Assembly (NCBI GenBank): GCA_951406725.2
Contig: OX597821.1
Coordinates: 79,298,001 to 79,362,000 of the forward strand
Direction of reading: 5' to 3'
Length of the DNA stretch: 64,000 nucleotides
Origin: Octopus vulgaris
Lineage: Eukaryota
Below the pieces are notes generated by a model, which searched no databases, was not told where the DNA came from, and saw only the letters and a list, made by a program, of their open reading frames with translations. This document shows, one piece after another, positions 26,291 through 38,208 of the stretch; the first letter of the stretch is position 1, and each line of letters starts with the position of its first letter. A program made the translations under genes and the position numbers.

Positions 26291-27061
26291 CATATATATA
26301 TATATACACACACATATATATATACATACACACATACATACACATACATATACATATACATGCACACACATACACACACATTTCTTCCCTTAATTTAATT
26401 TTATTTTTATTTTTATTTTTATTTTTATTTTTATTTTGACCTCGGCCAACCAGGCCGGCACTGAAGTGAGGTCCTCCCAAGGGAGCTAGTCTAGCTGGCC
26501 TAAAGAAACCATTTATTGCCCCTCTCCCTTCCTTTCTATCTTTCTTCCCACTGATACGAGCACAAACACTCACACACGCACACACACTCACAAACAGACA
26601 TACACATACACAAACGCACGTGTTATATTCATACATACATAAGTGTACCGACTTTCACATAACCGTACACATAACTATGTACACACAAAACCACATATAT
26701 AAATAAATGTACTTCAGTACACATAAACACACATGAACATCTGCCCGCATATATAGACGCATATGCCTATATACAGACATTTGTGCATATAAACATACAT
26801 ACGCATATATACGCATCCATACGCCTTTAAGTACATATTAGCACACATGCACGCATACACGTGTACATAAAAGCATACCTACATATATCTACCTACACAC
26901 ATACATCTACATACATGCACGTATATACACATACGTACACGTACCTACAAATTCATATCTACACGCATACACATACATACATCTATACACACACAGAAGA
27001 CTAGTCCATACATATACACAAATAAATATATATACATATACATATATATATATACACACAC

Positions 27062-27092
<31 letters not shown>

Positions 27093-27393
27093 CATATACA
27101 CACACACATACGCATATACCTACATATACATACACACATATACTTACACCAGTCATATACATACCTACATACACATACATCCATATATCTATACATATAC
27201 ATAGACATATATATACACATGCACATACTAATACACATACGCTTATCTACGCACATACACGCACACACATCTATCTACATATATAAAAAAAGAAACCCAA
27301 CAAGTCCATACATATACACACATACACATACATACATGCATATACACATATATACCCATACATATATACACATACATACACATACACATATAT

Positions 27394-27436
<43 letters not shown>

Positions 27437-27814
27437 CATATACATACACACATGCATACACATACACACACACACGCGCATCTATATATACATAAATACA
27501 TACATGCATAAATGTATACATATGTTTATACATATGCATACACATACACACACACGCGCGCATCCATATATACATGTGGATATGGATGTATGTGTGTATG
27601 TGTATGTATATGTATATATATATGTATATATGTATATATATATATATGTATATATATATATTCTTTTATTTATTCTTTTATCTACTTTATCACTGATTCC
27701 TTTGACCACTCTCCTAAGAATGATAGTTTACGCTATGCCTACCCCAAAAAGTCCCCCACCACCACCCCTTTAAACCTGCCTAAATGTATAAATGCCAAAA
27801 CTATTCTTGTCACT

Positions 27815-27865
27815 AGCTTCCTGATGATTTCTTTTGAATGAAACAGTTCTAGTCCTGTAGAAGCT
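27815..27865 (+). ncRNA. Type I hammerhead ribozyme (family F)
   Basis: agcttc CTGATGA tttcttttgaat GAAA cagttctagtcctg TA gaagct; 6 bp stem I, GUA triplet. Confidence 0.85.
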
Positions 27866-27866
27866 C

Positions 27867-28025
<159 letters not shown>

Positions 28026-28037
28026 CATATATATAAA

Positions 28038-28109
<72 letters not shown>

Positions 28110-28344
28110 CTATCTATGTATACATCTCTGTCTGCATTTGAATGTATGTATGTGCATATATATATCAATCTTTTGTTTCTGTCAGTAGACATAGGCCAAG
28201 ATGGCTTACCGCCTTGAATAATATTTAATTGAATGAATCGTAATATTAAGGGGCCATAAACGCACCTACGCCGGTTGTTAAACACTCTAAAACACGCAAA
28301 CACACAAACAGAAACACACATACACGCTTATCCGCACATATACT

Positions 28345-28490
28345 GAGATGAGATGTTTCTTTCAGTTTCCGGCTATCGAAATCACTAAAAAGGCCCAGGT
28401 CGGTCGGAGGCTATAGCGGGAGATTCTCGTCCTTGTTGCGACGCAGTGGGACTGAACCCAAAACTATGTTTTTGGGTAGCAAGCTTCATA
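28345..28490 (-). mobile_element. SINE family 1 fragment
   Basis: cagtttcc...gaggctatag...gcagtgggactgaaccc. Confidence 0.6.
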
Positions 28491-28564
28491 CATGTGCGTG
28501 GGTATAAGTGTTTACACATGCATATACATAGATATAATATTAATATATATGTATATATGTCTGT

Positions 28565-29070
28565 AATTCCTTGATGATCTAAACGCATAGATACGCTGAC
28601 AAAGTGCTATATTTCAATTGTCCGTTACGTTCCAACTTCACATCTGAGGCTGGAGCTAGGGACCCGTGTTAGGCGTCTGAGTTAGCTGGTCTATATTAAT
28701 TAGAAGGAAAAGGACAACACAAATCAAGGCAGCGAGGGTATCTCAAGTACTTCATCGAAGTGCGAACTTAGGTCCCTACCCTCTGGAAAAGGATGTACTG
28801 TGAACATTATACACCTCTCTGTATTCTTCTATCTACTGATATTCTTCTATTTCCCATTTCATGCTTTTTAACTTGTGAATTTCCCTGTCCAGAACTTTCA
28901 CACATAGCCGCATAGTCTCTGATGTTGGAATACTTAGTGAACGCACATGCTAGCCTATCACATGGGATATCCTAGAAACGACTGGAGGACTTCAAATTAA
29001 ATATTGTAAATGACTTGAGATATTCTTCCTGCCTTCGATTTACATTGTCCGCTTCCCTTTAATTAATATA
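28565..29070. mobile_element. Family B element with internal inversion and degenerate hammerhead (28914-28991, plus)
   Basis: Left half matches 47750-47930 directly; right half matches 47990-48270 inverted; agtct CTGATGT...GAAA cgactg ga ggact. Confidence 0.6.
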
Positions 29071-29111
29071 CAAATACGCACACACACACACACACATATA
29101 TATGTATATGA

Positions 29112-29144
<33 letters not shown>

Positions 29145-29428
29145 TATTTCAACAATTGAGGGTAAAATTAATTAATTAATCAATTTCACCAAGTATTCAG
29201 TATGCAAAGGGACCATTTAAGGCGAATTCAAATTATTACATTATATAAAAGGGCTTAGTAAAATAAATTACCTTGCCGCATACTGAACTCATTAGAAATA
29301 GCAGCTAAAAAAACTTTTTAAAACTATTTCCAATACTTAAAGAAAACCTCTCTCATATAGTGTTTACTCAATTCAACTCACGAAAGTATGGGGGTAGAGA
29401 CATTAAAAAATCAAATGCAAAGGTTATT

Positions 29429-29481
29429 TGAGAACGTACGTTTCAAGATTAGTCAAAATCGACACTTCTATCATCAGCTCA
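29429..29481 (-). ncRNA. Type I hammerhead ribozyme (family A)
   Basis: tgag CTGATGA tagaagtgtcgattttgactaatctt GAAA cgtacg TT ctca. Confidence 0.8.
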
Positions 29482-29955
29482 GAATTCCCTGGTTTGGATT
29501 TGAAAACACTGAAAGTGGGAGCATACCCTTTCGGCTTGTTATCGCTTCTGAAGATCTACTCGAAACTAACAGTGCCAACAAACTCAAATATGCAAGCGAA
29601 GAATTTCTGCTCTCCCCTTTCCACCAGCGTGGGTTAAAATCACAAACACTATGCTTTTTTCGGTAAAATCCGAGACATTAAGTAGAGAGAGATGAATTAT
29701 AATTTCAACAATTGAGGGTAAAATTAATTAATTAATCAATTTCACCAAGTATTCAGTATGCAAAGGGACCATTTAAGGCGAATTCAAATTATTACATTAT
29801 ATAAAAGGGCTTAGTAAAATAAATTAGCAGAAATTCTTCGCTTGCATATTTGAGTTTGTTGGCACTGTTAGTTTCGAGTAGATCTTCAGAAGCGATAACA
29901 AGCCGAAAGGGTATGCTCCCACTTTCAGTGTTTTCAAATCCAAACCAGGGAATTC

Positions 29956-30008
29956 TGAGCTGATGATAGAAGTGTCGATTTTGACTAATCTTGAAACGTA
30001 CGTTCTCA
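29956..30008 (+). ncRNA. Type I hammerhead ribozyme (family A, inverted copy)
   Basis: Same motif as 29429-29481; palindromic stem III acgtacgt. Confidence 0.8.
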
Positions 30009-30185
30009 AATAACCTTTGCATTTGATTTTTTAATGTCTCTACCCCCATACTTTCGTGAGTTGAATTGAGTAAACACTATATGAGAGAGGTTTTCTTTAA
30101 GTATTGGAAATAGTTTTAAAAAGTTTTTTTAGCTGCTATTTCTAATGAGTTCAGTATGCGGCAAGGTAATTTATTTTACTAAGCC

Positions 30186-30226
<41 letters not shown>

Positions 30227-30867
30227 TATACATATGTGTCATCATCATCATCAACGCTCAACGTCCGTTTTCCGTGCTAGCAAGTCATATGTATGTGTAT
30301 ATATGTAGAATTTATATATATATATATATATATATACACGGTACTCGTCGTGACAAGACGTACTTTTTATAGCTCCCGTCAGTAGCTAACCAAAGAAGCA
30401 TATTTCAACTCAATTTAACTCAACTCAACTCAAGCCAACATAAACTCTCCTTGTTTTTAATCTCAAAACTTTTGAACTCTACAATCCTACTATACTACTC
30501 TTTTACTACCATCGGAGGATAAATTTATACAAATCTATATACAACCTGAAGAAAGAAAGAATTACAACCCAAAACTAAATACTAAACCCAAGACTAGTTC
30601 TAAAACTAGCCCCGTGAGTACAATTCTTTTTTCTTGATCTGTATTAAACACACCGCTCATCCTGATTGTACTAATTAGATTGTACCAATTACACTGAACT
30701 CTCACATACACAAGCCACGAATTTCCGAGTATATCGACACAAACTTTCCAACGGTGTATTCACTATTTTACACCAAGCCATCAATAACTGGTGTACATAT
30801 ACATATATACGCATACACATACATACAAACATACATATATATATTACACAACACTACCCCACTGAAT

Positions 30868-32144
30868 ATGGCCAATAATTTTCAAAAACGCCGCTGGGTT
30901 GAAAATGGAATTACTGCAATGATTAACGCTTGGTTCATCCATCACAACGAAGCTAATGTTTACAGTAAAATAACTGAGGATTTAACGAAAACATCCTTTC
31001 ACAGATCTGTAAAACAGATAGAAAATAAAATAAAAGAAATTGTTAGGATATTCCCTATTTTTTCACGCGCACATGGCTACACTAAAAGCCATTCTTGCCC
31101 AACGAATCCAGTATACCAAATGACCAAATTCCAACAGGTCAGGGGTCACTTCAACAGCAACAATCAACTGACCTACTTCCATTGACAACAGCACCTGATG
31201 AACCAAGTCAAGTTTCACCTTCGCTACAGCAACAAAAACAACAACAACAACAACACTCTAATACTACCACTAGTCAAGTTCCAATGCTGCTACAACAAAA
31301 ACAACTCTCCACTACTACTACTGCCACAATAGGAAAATCACTACTACATCCACGTAAAACTATCTGCCATTACTACTCTCAAGGCAGCTGCAGATTTGAC
31401 CACATCCTGGCAAGCCAGAACCCACCATCACAAAATCAACAAGCTGCTTCTAATACTACTGCTACTACTGCCAGAATAGAAAAACCACTACTACAACCAA
31501 ATAAAAACCCCTGCCGTTACTATTCTAAAGGCAATTGTAGATTTGGCCCCAGCGGCACAAACAACAATGGACGCTGTGCTTTTTCCCATCCGACCTTATG
31601 TCGTAGACTTGTTATGGGCACCTATCCATACGGGATAACAGGAAAAAATTGCCCCCACCTCCACCCCAAATACTGTCCTAAATACAGAATCTATGGTTCT
31701 GATCCTAAATACGGATGCATAAAAGGCAAAGGATTCACCTTATTCCATCCTAAACTGTGCCAAACTTCTGTCTCACAAAGGATGTGCCTGAACCCAGAAT
31801 GCAACCACCACCATCTGAAGGGCACAAAACGATCACAGAATAAATATAAACAGGAACAGAGGAAATCTAGGACAACAACAAGAACAAAATACAACCACGT
31901 TTCCCCTCCTACAATCAAACAACGTAGACAGAACCATGAAAAAACACCAAATAACGCCAACATGAAATATGTATCCTCTGACCAAGTGGCAAACCAAACA
32001 AGTAACTCTTTTTTACTGACATACCTAGAAAATATGAAGGCCGACCTAAGCCAGGAGATCCAGCGAGCTATCACCAACCATCTATGCAAATCACAAGGAC
32101 CACTCACCCATTACCAACTTCCCTTACCTCGACATTCCTGTTAA
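30868..32144 (+). pseudogene. LINE ORF1: Myb/SANT-like (trihelix) N-terminus, Q/T-rich linker, CCCH zinc fingers; one frameshift
   Basis: RRWVENGITAMINAW...YSKITEDL...RSVKQIENKIKEI; CRYYSKGNCRFG...CAFSHP, CPHLHP, CLNPECNHHH. Confidence 0.75.
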
Positions 32145-35087
32145 ATGTACGTGGCATCAACCCATCAATTATTGCCCAAAAATGGAAGATCCCATATATA
32201 GAGAGTTGGCTTGCCGAAATGGCACATTGCTTCCCTTTCTTTATCCTTACCGAGACTCACATGAACAACACCCATATGGACGCAAAGGTGAAAATAAAGG
32301 ATTTCACCATTGTTCGTGCGGATCGCACAGACCGAAATAAGGGAGGGACAGCCATCTTTATCCATGACTCCTTTTCACTTGATGCCAAGGACACATTTTC
32401 CAATGGCTACTGTGAATCGGTATCACTATACAACAAAGCCAAGGACATAACCATTGTTGGTCTTTACAGGCCTCCCCAGGCACCTCTAAAGTACTTTGAA
32501 GAGTGCCTTAGCAAAGTCAAGTCCTTCCTTCGGAAGTACCACTCCGGAAACATACTAGTGATGGGTGATTTTAACCTCCCTCATGTGAACTGGCCCACAA
32601 ATACTCTGAAGTTAGGCAGGTGCTCTACATCAGATAGAGCAGCAGCAGAACTGCTCTTTAATCTGATGGATGAGTATTTCCTGACTCAGCTAGTGCTTGA
32701 ACCAACGAGACAGAATAAAACGATCTTGCATCTGGTATTGACCAATCACTCTAGCTACGTTCACAGTATTTCAGTCGAAAAAACTCTCCTCTGCAATCAT
32801 GGTACTCTGCAATCTTAATTCCCAACATATAAAAACCAAACCAGCCAATACCACTACATGGCACCCATTTGACAACATAAACTTCCACAAAGCGGACTGG
32901 GGAACAATCAGAAAGGATCTGTCTTCCATCGACTGGTCTTTTACTCTCAATTCCTCTCATATTGAGACCGCGTGGCAGCACTTTGAAAACATTGTCACCT
33001 ATACATACTCTAAACACGCTCCCAAGAAATCTACTAACACAAACAGAAACCGGCTCCCTAAAAAGAAAAAAACACTCATCAGGCGCATCAAAAGACTCAA
33101 CAAAAAAATCAACCAATTAAAATATTCCCACACACAACATCCACATTCAACAACAATGAAAAGACTAGAGCTGGAAAAACTTCATCTGCAGACCAACATG
33201 AAAACCTCCATTGAAAATCAAAGAGCTGTGGAGGAACAATGGGTAATCAAAAACATCAAACAGAACCCAAAAGTTTTTCTATTCTTATGCAAATAAGCAT
33301 AGAACCACTGTCTCACCCATTGGGCCATTGATTGATGATAACGGCATACCCCAACACGATGCTAAAGAAATGGCAGAAATACTGCAGAAACAATACTGCT
33401 CTGTCTTTAGTGTTCCCACTGATATTGACGTAAGGGAAACGAACGAAGTTGACTCCCAACACAAAATCTCAGACATAACCTTCACTGCCACCGACATCGT
33501 AGCAGCAATAAATGAGGTAAAACATTACTCTGCTGTAGGCCCTGATAGATTTCCCGCTAGTCTCCTGAAGGAATGTAGATACCAACTTGCAGTCCCTCTG
33601 ACCAACCTCTGGAGAAATTCGTTAGACGCAGGTTATATACCGAAACAGTTTCTATCCCAGTCGGTCATCCCGGTTTTCAAACAGGGAAACAGATCCCTCG
33701 CAGTCAACTATCGCCCAATCTCACTCACCTCCCACATCATTAAAGTGTTTGAAAGAGTGTTAAGATCAAGGATAGCTGACTTCCTGGAGACCCACAAACT
33801 CCTAAATGCAAATCAGCATGGCTTTCGCTGTGGCAGGGACTGTCTAACACAGCTCTTACACCACATTGAAGATGTACTCAAAGCCTTGGGAACAGGTTCG
33901 AACTCTGACGTCATATATCTTGACTTCAGTAAAGCGTTCGACAGGGTAGACCATAACATCCTACTCTCAAAATTGGCAAACGTTGGAATCCGTGGAAAAG
34001 TTCTACACTGGATTAAGTATTTCCTGGCGAATAGAGCACAACATGTTGTAGTTGATGGAGTCCACTCAAACCCAGCAAAAGTCACCAGCGGTGATCCCCA
34101 GGGAACTGTTTTGGGTCCGCTACTCTTCATAATTTACGTAAACGACCTTTCCAGTGTCGTACATTACTGCAAAGTGAAAATATTTGCTGATGACACTAAG
34201 CTCCAGCAAATCGTCAATGAAGAAGCAGACCGAACTCAACTCCAGTCTGATCTATATGCTGTGAGTCAATGGGCAGACAGAAACAAAATGCAACTGAATG
34301 AGGGAAAATTTGAGCTGATGCATTTTGGAAGAAATTCCTCACTAAAACAACCATACTCTCTTCTTTCAGGGGAACCGCTCACATCCTCTAACAATATCAG
34401 AGACCTGGGTGTAATTGTTGATGACGATCTCAGTTGGAGTGCACACATCAACAAGAAGGTCGATATAGCTCGTAGGATGAGTTCCTGGATCTTAAGAACT
34501 TTCGGTTCAGAGAACAAGGTGTCATCATACCACTTTTTTCCTCCTTTGTACGGCCACACCTTGAATACTGCTGCCGACTGTGGTCTCCTCACACAAGACA
34601 AAACATCTCCAGAATTGAGTCACCCCAGAGGGCACTCACTAAACAAATTGAAGGCATGGCTGCTCTCGATTATTGGGATCGCCTGAAAGCCTTGAAACTT
34701 TACTCCCTCCAGCGTCGCCGTGAGCGGTACATCATTTGTACGATGTGGAAAATATACCACCAACTTTGCCCAAACGACCTAAACATTAGCTTCAAGGTTC
34801 ATCCAAGACTGGGACCACGGGCTATACGTCCCCTGCCCAATTCAAGATCACAACATACATGTACACTGCAACATAATTTCTTTTCCTCAACAGGCCCTGC
34901 CCTATTTAACATTGTCCCGAGGGAGATCAAAGAGGAAAAGGATCCCATCAACTTTAAACAGAGTCTGGATAGATTCCTTCAAAGAATACCAGATAAGCCA
35001 CCCATAATTGGATGCCACTCACCCAACAAGAACTCACTACTTGAACAAAACTGGATACAACTGACCCAACAAGAACTCACTACTTGA
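32084..35087 (+). pseudogene. LINE ORF2 APE-RT split by frameshifts
   Basis: LLNVRG, LTETH, YRPP, GDFNLP, QHGFR, FADDTK across ORFs 32084, 32799, 33328, 34656. Confidence 0.9.
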
Positions 35088-35201
35088 ACAAAACAAAACT
35101 TGACTTAAACAGGATTCGAATAATCCTATCAGGTGGTGCTATTAAGTTAGACATGGCGTGGACCAATCTTTGGTCGAAACATATCTAAGTTTATCTAAGT
35201 T

Positions 35202-35255
<54 letters not shown>

Positions 35256-35533
35256 ACTCACCTGCATGTATATATAATATATATATATATATTCTACCAC
35301 AACCACTACGACTGCTCTCACTAGCACTGCTACTACAACCACCGTGGTCACTACCATTACTGCTACGATCAACAGCCCCCTACTACTACCACTGCTGCTA
35401 CGGCCACAGTGAGAGAATTAAAATAGTGGAGGTGGGGGAATTACAATTTCTCAGATCCTAAAACAGTCACTCCCGCTGGCAGTGGTATGTCTTAGGGAAG
35501 GAAGAATTTATAAAAAGATTTTTTTTCTGCGAG

Positions 35534-35840
35534 CAGATCTGATTTTGATTCGTCAAAAAATTTATGACGTTTTACCTCCGTGGTCAAGCTTGTCGCCCTG
35601 CTTGGCTGGTTTCCTTACAAGATAAAGTTATGGGTCAGATCTGGTTTTGATTCGTTAAAAAACTGATGACGTTTTTCTTCCGTGGTCAAACTAGTCGTTC
35701 TGCTTGGTTAGCAACCTTACAGGATACAGTTATGGGTCAGATCTGATTTTGATTCGTTAAAAAATTGATGACGTTTTTCTTCTGTGGTCAAGCTTGTCGT
35801 TCTGCTTGGTTGGTTTCCTAACAGGATACAGTAATGGGTC
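35534..35840. repeat. Three tandem copies of a ~102 bp unit
   Basis: cagatctg...gttatgggt recurring at ~35534, 35636, 35738. Confidence 0.85.
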
Positions 35841-35879
35841 TTTTCCTTATATTCGTTGAAGCTGAGTTTTGATTGGTTT

Positions 35880-36330
35880 GGAATTATATGACGTCAGTGA
35901 ACAGTGCCAGAGACCACGGCTACTGCTGCTGTCACAGCCACAGCTTAGCTGATATAACCCCAACCACCACCAAGGTTACCAAAATTACGACCAACAGACG
36001 ACGACCAAGAATCACTACTGTTGCTTCCATTGGAACACAAGGTAAAATGTATAATGAACTTCTCCACTACATTCGACAAAACAGTAAGGAACGACTATGG
36101 ATTTTTTCTATTATACTCTTTATAATATATTTGATAAGGTTCGCCTTTTTAAGAACATGGATTCTATCGAATGTATATAGCATGGATTCTATTGAATGTA
36201 TGTAACAATTATGAACTGTTCCATTATACTGTGTATTATGAATTTTTTTGATAAGGTTCGTTATTTCAAGAACCGAAACATGTAAAATTAAAATTTATCT
36301 AATATAGTGGCGTTTTCAAACTTCTTTTTT

Positions 36331-36340
<10 letters not shown>
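35880..36340 (+). mobile_element. Penelope-related UTR/pseudo-LTR fragment
   Basis: 36240-36340 matches the reverse complement of 19836-19950 (aaatttatct.atatagtggcgttttcaaacttc). Confidence 0.65.
36241..36289 (+). ncRNA. Minimal hammerhead, U3:A8 variant
   Basis: aattttt TTGATAA ggttc-gttatttcaa-gaacc GAAA catg TA aaatt. Confidence 0.7.
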
Positions 36341-36370
<30 letters not shown>

Positions 36371-36413
36371 TACATACATATTTATATATAATTATATATA
36401 TATATATATATTT

Positions 36414-36459
<46 letters not shown>

Positions 36460-36548
36460 TGATTGATTGATTGATTGATTCTAGTTTCAGCTTATGAGCT
36501 GTGGCCATGCTGGGGCACCGCCATTTGGTGTTGCTACTTGGTTTCACT

Positions 36549-37895
36549 TCACGAAAGCTTTCTAGCAACTGCCATTTGGTGCATGAGAGAGTTCGATGCA
36601 GCTGCTCTCATCTGCCCCTCCTGCCGTGAAGTTGGTTCATCTGGGACACCTGACAGGAAGAGATCCAGCTTCATTTTAAAGACATCTGCATCCACCCCAT
36701 GCAGGTCTCTCAGGTTCTTCGGGAGGATATTGAAGAGCTGTGGGCCTCGGAAGCCCAGGCTATCACAGAATCTTGTCCTACATCTTGATGGCAAGTTTGG
36801 AGTCCTAGGCACCACGCAGTGGCGCCCAGTTCTGGCATTTGCGTAACTCTCGATGCTAAAGTTCAGGACACGTCCCTCCAGGATCTTCCAGATGTATATT
36901 ATGGCATATCTTTCACGCCTACGCTCCAGGGAATATAGTTTTAATCTCTTGAGTCTTTCCCAGTAGCTTACATTCTGCATAGAGGCTATCTTCTTCGTGT
37001 AGCTACGTTGGATCGCCTCGAGCTCTGTGATCAACTTGACACTGGATGGTGACCATAACTGAGAGCAGTAGTCAAAGTGGCTTAGGACAAGTGTCCTCCA
37101 GAGGACCATCATGGTTTCTTGTTCTCTTGTTCTAAAGGTTCTGAGGATCCATCCGGCCAGTCGTCTACATTTCATTGCCAATTTAGCAACATGTACACGA
37201 AAGGTCGCGTCATCACTCATGTAAATACCTAGGTCACGCACTGATTGTGCCTCTGGGATTGCTATTCCTCCGGGTCCAGTGTATTCATTGGGTATTGCAT
37301 TTAGTTTTGCATGCTGATAGTATAGAGCTTGAAACTTTTCAGCATTGAACTGAATGCTATTCTTTTCAGCCCACTTGTATATTTTGTCCAGCTCACATTG
37401 CAGGTGTTTAGTGTCCTCAGGGTTCTGTATTGCCTGTGAAACTTTTGTATCATCTGCATAACTTGTGATCGTGGCTCTCTGCGTGGCTGAGGGCATGTCT
37501 GAGAGGGCCATTATGAGTAGTAGTGGTCCCAGAACAGTGCCCTGCGGAACACCGCTCACTATTTGCGTGTTAATGGAAGTGGCCCCATTGGCTACTACCA
37601 CCTGACTTCTATCTTTCAGAAAGTCATGAAGCCATTCTCCCAGTTTTCCAACTATGTTGAGATCACGCAGTTTGTGACATATCATTCCATGATCGACTTT
37701 ATCAAAGGCCTTTGCAAAGTCGAGATATATCACTTCCACATTTGAGTGGTTGAGCAGCCGTTTCAGCACCCAGTCATAGTGTTGTAGGAGCTGAGTTAAA
37801 CAGCTTCTCCCTGGTCGGAAACCATGTTGGGTGTCGGGCAGCAAGTCATTCTCTTCAAGGAAGGTGATCAGCTTCCTTCTGACTATTCGTTCCAT
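36549..37895 (-). CDS. LINE RT C-terminal part (duplicated segment carrying the intact 3' end)
   Basis: QHGFR, YADDTK, LYSLERRRERY; near-identical to part of 38209-41055. Confidence 0.85.
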   Translation of the reverse strand: MERIVRRKLITFLEENDLLPDTQHGFRPGRSCLTQLLQHYDWVLKRLLNHSNVEVIYLDFAKAFDKVDHGMICHKLRDLNIVGKLGEWLHDFLKDRSQVVVANGATSINTQIVSGVPQGTVLGPLLLIMALSDMPSATQRATITSYADDTKVSQAIQNPEDTKHLQCELDKIYKWAEKNSIQFNAEKFQALYYQHAKLNAIPNEYTGPGGIAIPEAQSVRDLGIYMSDDATFRVHVAKLAMKCRRLAGWILRTFRTREQETMMVLWRTLVLSHFDYCSQLWSPSSVKLITELEAIQRSYTKKIASMQNVSYWERLKRLKLYSLERRRERYAIIYIWKILEGRVLNFSIESYANARTGRHCVVPRTPNLPSRCRTRFCDSLGFRGPQLFNILPKNLRDLHGVDADVFKMKLDLFLSGVPDEPTSRQEGQMRAAASNSLMHQMAVARKLS

Positions 37896-38208
37896 GACCT
37901 TGCTGATGTGTGAGGTCAGAGAGATAGGTCTGTAGTTCTTGGCTTCCGCTCTGCTACCTCCTTTATGAATGGGGCATATTTTACCTTCCTTCAGTTTTCT
38001 TGGAAGTTTGCCAGCTGCAAGGAAGCTCTGAAAGAGGAACTGCAGTGGTCTTGCTAGGACTCTCTTACATGCTTTTAGGAGGATTGCCGGGAATCCATCA
38101 GGTTCCAGTAGCTGAGTCTGTTTTCATTTCATATGAAGAGCATGTCTTCCTCGGAAGCCCAGGCTATCACAGAATCTTGTCCTACATCTTGATGGCAAGT
38201 TTGGAGTC

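Larger units (their letters stand above)
29147..30192. mobile_element. Retrozyme-like family A copy 2: ~1.2 monomers (minus, 556 nt period) joined to an inverted partial copy
   Basis: Direct repeat aacaattgag... at 29151 and 29707; 29827-30192 is the reverse complement of ~29245-29610; (TA)n flanks. Confidence 0.8.
30337..35205 (+). mobile_element. Apparently full-length CR1/L2-type LINE (frameshifted) in (TA)n
   Basis: 5' UTR, ORF1, APE and RT ORFs; 3' end ggtggtgctattaagttagacatggc and (tctaagttta) tail shared with 23771-26290. Confidence 0.92.

Noticed and set aside
29388-30049. Twin ORFs MGVETLKNQ... on both strands
   Set aside because: Produced by the inversion; no evidence of a conserved ORF in the family A copy at 2950-3637
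35534-35840. 102 bp repeat as a coding repeat, CRISPR array or hammerhead array
   Set aside because: Stops in the frames checked, no unique spacers, and ctgatga appears in only one unit with no GAAA/stem context
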